From Trueperaceae bacterium (lineage in GTDB: Bacteria > Deinococcota > Deinococci > Deinococcales > Trueperaceae), in contig CBDCDZ010000004.1 of the NCBI GenBank assembly GCA_965215565.1, forward strand, positions 3,040,001 through 3,104,000: a stretch of 64,000 nt of DNA, read 5' to 3'. Position numbers and translations under genes: made by a program. Under the pieces are notes generated by a model, which was given only the letters and a program-made list of their open reading frames with translations, was not told the origin of the DNA and searched no databases. Positions 60,045-64,000 of this stretch are shown one piece after another. Position 1 is the stretch's first letter; every line of letters begins with the position of its first letter.

Positions 60045-60178
60045 TTCCGTAAGCCCCCAGCCTGAAGCGACGCTCGAGCACTCGCAACACAGTTGTCTAT
60101 AAAATTTTCGTCTTTTCTAGGTGAGAAAAAAATGTAGGAAACTTCACTTCTCATCATTTATTTGTTACACTGCTCACG

Positions 60179-61273
60179 ATGTTAGCGTTTCGTCTTGCCC
60201 CTACACTCGGACTCATTCTATTTTTTCTCGTCTCTCACGCACAAGAAGTCATTGTCCAGCAAGGCGATACCTTAACCGGTCTCGCGCAACGTTACGGGAC
60301 GACACCCGAAGCTATCTTAGAAACGAACGGTCTGACAGGGACCGATCTGATGTCTGGCGCACGCTTAAAGATGCCCAGCCTAGAGACAACCTACGTCGTT
60401 CAGCCCGGCGACACGCTGAGCGCTATCGCCACCTCAGCGGGGACGACGGTGAACGCGCTCGTTGCGCTCAACGCGCTGCAGAGCACCGACCTTGCCGTCG
60501 GGCAGAGGCTCAAGCTGAGCGGGACGGCTGAGCCTCTAGTCATTACGGTCGAGCCGGGCGAGTCGCTCTGGGTCATCGCGGGGCGTTTCGGCGTGGACGT
60601 GGGGGCGCTGAGCGCCGCCAATGGGCTCTCTGACCAAGCCTCCCTGAACGCTGGCGACACGCTCACTATTCCCGGTCACTACGCCAACGAAGCGGACCAG
60701 GGGGGCGGCGCTGCGCCTACTGTGATGGTAGCGGCGGGCGAGTCGCTCGCGGCGATTGCGGCGCGTAACGGCACGACTGTGGAGGCGCTTATGCGCGAGA
60801 ATGACCTCCCCAGCGACGTTCTCAACCCCGGTCAGCGGCTCTCCATCCCTACAGATACAGCGACCACCTTTCCCGGTGCGACGTCGGGCATGGTCTGGCC
60901 CATCGTCGGACCGATCACCTCGCGCTTCGGTCCGCGCTACCTCTTCGGACAGACGTATCACTACGGGCTGGATGTGGACGGTAAAACGGGCGATCCTATC
61001 GTCGCGGCGATGCCGGGTACCGTCACCTATAGCGGCTGGCGCACGGGCTACGGCTACACTGTCATCGTCACATCGGGCAGCGTCGAGTACTACTACGCGC
61101 ACGCTTCAGAGCTGCTCGTGAGCGTCGGCACACCCGTTCGCGCAGGTCAGCTCATCGCTAAAATCGGCGCGACAGGAACGGCGACGGGCTCGCACCTGCA
61201 CTTCGAGGTGCGTATCGACGGCAAAGCTGTGGACCCCTTGCCTTTTCTGGAGCGCACCGCGCAACTTCCCTAG
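60179..61273 (+). CDS. LysM-repeat M23 peptidase (peptidoglycan endopeptidase)
   Basis: Signal peptide, four LysM repeats, HYGLD, YAH, HLHFE. Confidence 0.93.
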   Translation: MLAFRLAPTLGLILFFLVSHAQEVIVQQGDTLTGLAQRYGTTPEAILETNGLTGTDLMSGARLKMPSLETTYVVQPGDTLSAIATSAGTTVNALVALNALQSTDLAVGQRLKLSGTAEPLVITVEPGESLWVIAGRFGVDVGALSAANGLSDQASLNAGDTLTIPGHYANEADQGGGAAPTVMVAAGESLAAIAARNGTTVEALMRENDLPSDVLNPGQRLSIPTDTATTFPGATSGMVWPIVGPITSRFGPRYLFGQTYHYGLDVDGKTGDPIVAAMPGTVTYSGWRTGYGYTVIVTSGSVEYYYAHASELLVSVGTPVRAGQLIAKIGATGTATGSHLHFEVRIDGKAVDPLPFLERTAQLP

Positions 61274-61339
61274 ACTCACCAAACCCAGATGCGTACGCCG
61301 CCACACCTCGCTGCTTAACGCGCTGCTACACTGACGCTG

Positions 61340-63043
61340 ATGAACGATGCTCTAGAGACGGCTGAGGCACTTTTGCGCCGCTATTTTGGGTTTTCCTCCT
61401 TTCGCCCTGGTCAGGAAGAGGTCATAGCCGCCGCTCTGACCGGGCGCGACGTTCTCGCGGTGATGCCTACGGGCGCAGGCAAGTCGCTGACGTATCAGCT
61501 CCCCGCGCTCGCCGCGCCCGGCTTGACGCTCGTCGTGAGCCCGCTCATCGCACTCATGAAAGACCAAGTGGACGCGCTCCGCGCGAGAGGGATTGCGGCA
61601 GCGGCGCTCAACAGCGCGCTCTCCGCGAGCGAGCAGCGCGCCGTGCTGCGTAACTTGAGTGAGCTTTCACTGCTCTACCTCGCGCCAGAGCGACTGGCAA
61701 ATCCTGACTTTGTAGGGACGCTAAAATGTTTGAACGTCGTTCGGCTCGTCGTGGACGAAGCGCACTGCATCTCGGAGTGGGGGCACGACTTCCGCCCGGA
61801 CTACCGTGAGTTGGGCGCGCTCCGCGAGGCGCTAGACTGCCCGAGCGTGACCGCGCTGACGGCGACCGCGACGGCAAGGGTGCAAGAGGACATCGCCGAC
61901 GTTCTTGGCTTGCGGCAGCCGGTGCGTATCGCCACGGGCTTCGACCGTCCCAACCTCACCTACCGGGTGTGGGTTGCGCCCTGTCAAGCGGCGAAGCGGG
62001 CGCTGCTGAGCGCCTTTTTGGAGCGCCGAGAGGGTCCGGGCATCATCTACGCGGGTACGCGCAAAGAGACCGAAGCGCTGAGCCAAGAGGTGACGCGGTG
62101 GGGCTGGCAGAGCGCGAGCTATCACGGTGGGCATGACGCGCGCCTCAGGGCTGACACGCAAGACGCCTTTTTAGGCGGGAAACTGGACCTTATGGTGGCG
62201 ACGAACGCTTTCGGCATGGGCGTAGACAAATCGGACGTGCGCTTCGTGCTGCACTACCAGATGCCGGGAACCTTAGAGTCTTACTACCAAGAAGCCGGGC
62301 GCGCCGGGCGAGACGGCGCGGCGGCGGCGTGCACGCTCCTCTACACGCCCCAAGACGCCGCGCTGCAGATGAGTCTTATCGAGTCGGGCAGCGTGAGCGC
62401 CTTGGACCTCAAGCGGATGTATCTGTATCTGCGCAACCACGCTCATGTATCGGCGCAGACGGCGGTGGCGGCGACCCGGCTACCCAGAGGCAAGTTCACG
62501 ACCGGCTTAAAAATGCTTGCCGAGCAAAGGATAGTGCACTTGGAGCGTCGCCGCGAAGGGCTAGGCGTCACGCTTGCGCCACCCTTTGACGCGCAACTCC
62601 CCGACTTTAGCGTTCTGGGCGCGCTTCTCGGAGCGCGTTTACGCGCCCGCTACGCACTCCTTAGGGAGATGACGCACTACGCTGAGCGTGCAGCGTGCCG
62701 CCGCCGCGCGGTTCTTGCTTATTTCGGTGACGCTTCGGTGCCTGCTGCGTGCGCCTGTGACCGCTGCGATCCTTCGACAAGTGCGCCGCTCACGGCGGAC
62801 GCCCACACAGTCTTCGGCGTCGTTTCGTCGGGTATCTCACAACGTAAGCTCATGACCACGCTGGCGCGTCACCCTCAATTCGCACGCTGGGAAGCCGAAG
62901 AGGTGCACATGTTCTGCGCGTGGCTTGTGGAAGAGGGCTGGCTACGGGTACGCTGGGGCACTGTGCGTCTCACCCAACCCACCCACCAGATGCTGCGCCG
63001 CGCACGTCAACCTCACCACCAGGCAGGGAAGTTATGCACCTAG
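61340..63043 (+). CDS. recQ: RecQ family ATP-dependent DNA helicase
   Basis: [37 protein letters not shown], Zn-binding CRR..C.CDRC; no obvious HRDC domain. Confidence 0.9.
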   Translation: MNDALETAEALLRRYFGFSSFRPGQEEVIAAALTGRDVLAVMPTGAGKSLTYQLPALAAPGLTLVVSPLIALMKDQVDALRARGIAAAALNSALSASEQRAVLRNLSELSLLYLAPERLANPDFVGTLKCLNVVRLVVDEAHCISEWGHDFRPDYRELGALREALDCPSVTALTATATARVQEDIADVLGLRQPVRIATGFDRPNLTYRVWVAPCQAAKRALLSAFLERREGPGIIYAGTRKETEALSQEVTRWGWQSASYHGGHDARLRADTQDAFLGGKLDLMVATNAFGMGVDKSDVRFVLHYQMPGTLESYYQEAGRAGRDGAAAACTLLYTPQDAALQMSLIESGSVSALDLKRMYLYLRNHAHVSAQTAVAATRLPRGKFTTGLKMLAEQRIVHLERRREGLGVTLAPPFDAQLPDFSVLGALLGARLRARYALLREMTHYAERAACRRRAVLAYFGDASVPAACACDRCDPSTSAPLTADAHTVFGVVSSGISQRKLMTTLARHPQFARWEAEEVHMFCAWLVEEGWLRVRWGTVRLTQPTHQMLRRARQPHHQAGKLCT

Positions 63044-63807
63044 TCGTCATCGGAGACATCCACACGCAAGCCGCCAAGCTCTGGAACATGCTGCAACGCG
63101 CGGGACTCGCCGACGCCGAGCGCCGCCCCACCGAGAGAATGCGCGACCCGGACGTTACGCTCGTCTTGCTGGGCGACCTCGTCCACGCCAAGAGTCGCGA
63201 GCAGTATAGCGCCCTGGCGGGCGTGCGCACCTACGACGAGCACAACCCGCAGCACCTCGCCAAGGCTGAAAAGGCGCAGGTGGATTTTTTGCGCGAGGTC
63301 AAGGCGTTTCAGGACGCGGTAGGCGAGCGGATGGTCATCCTCATGGGCAACCACGACTTCAACGCGGTGAGTGACGAGCAGGGTCCACTGCGCACGGACG
63401 ACGTTTCGCACTTTGAATGGACTAGGGGTTACGGGAGCGAACTTGGGGGCGAACTGCGCACCTGGATCGCCAACTGGCCCTTCCAGACCGTCATCGACGA
63501 CATCCACTTCGCCCACGTCGGTCCGCGCCCCGAGCACAACCGCTACGACAGCGGCTTCTACCTGGAGAACCGCCGCCGCTGGATTTACGAGAACCGCGAC
63601 TTTTTAGCCGAGACGCCCTACCGCTTAGGCGTGTACGGTCATACCCCCGTGCGCGGCGGCGTGAACGTCGCGTCGCAAGGGCGCGCCATCTTGCTCGACA
63701 CGAACGGGCACGGGGAGGAGTTTTGCTACCTCACCATCGACACCTCTTCGCAGAACTACCGGCTGCGGATGCGCGGGCTCTTCTTCGATGAGATGATGAA
63801 GCGGTGA
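63034..63807 (+). CDS. Calcineurin-like metallophosphoesterase
   Basis: GDIH, GDLV, GNHD, H, GHTP. Confidence 0.9.
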   Translation: MHLVVIGDIHTQAAKLWNMLQRAGLADAERRPTERMRDPDVTLVLLGDLVHAKSREQYSALAGVRTYDEHNPQHLAKAEKAQVDFLREVKAFQDAVGERMVILMGNHDFNAVSDEQGPLRTDDVSHFEWTRGYGSELGGELRTWIANWPFQTVIDDIHFAHVGPRPEHNRYDSGFYLENRRRWIYENRDFLAETPYRLGVYGHTPVRGGVNVASQGRAILLDTNGHGEEFCYLTIDTSSQNYRLRMRGLFFDEMMKR

Positions 63808-64000
63808 CCGAACTCTGCAGCTACCGCCTCAACCTCTACGGCAAGGTGGTAGGCACGCACACGCTCCGCACGCAGCAGGGAAAGAGGGGCGTGGTGCTCG
63901 AGGCGAGGATGGCGCTGCAAGGCGCGCTAGGTCAGAAGACCATCACCCAGACGAGCCAGCTCAACCCCGCTCTGGAAAGTCTTCGCTTCACCGAAGAGAC
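63804..64000 (+). CDS. Hypothetical protein, 5' part (runs off window)
   Basis: GTGA overlap with upstream stop; open frame [23 protein letters not shown]... Confidence 0.65.
   Translation, partial: MTELCSYRLNLYGKVVGTHTLRTQQGKRGVVLEARMALQGALGQKTITQTSQLNPALESLRFTEE

Overview
GC-rich bacterial chromosomal segment, most likely Deinococcota (Truepera-like). This is inferred from the LysW-type lysine genes, futalosine mqnC, type-2 IPP isomerase, Uma2 paralogues and many apparently leaderless genes (TANNNT box 6-7 nt before the start codon). It is mostly housekeeping and metabolic genes: tandem S8 lipoprotein proteases, rocD, pdxH, msrA, acuBC, crt/hbd, aguAB and recQ. A lysine operon (homoisocitrate dehydrogenase-lysY-lysZ-lysJ-lysK) is interleaved with toxin-antitoxin, Uma2, Imm8 and DNA-repair genes. 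The most novel-looking locus is 56.05-57.1 kb. There, a DIP1984-family gene with an ACG start is followed directly by a ~220-nt end-paired RNA carrying a tRNA-like D-arm/variable-arm/T-arm module, and is preceded by a second, divergent, multi-stem structured RNA. Other signals are a HIP1-like over-representation of (G)CTCGAG(C), heptamer-repeat hairpin elements, a candidate Lys leader-peptide attenuator, a STAND-like ATPase-TPR protein, a roadblock triplet without a GTPase, and several small frameshifts that may be assembly errors. All family calls are by motif recognition, not database search. No rRNA, canonical tRNA, CRISPR array or transposase was seen.
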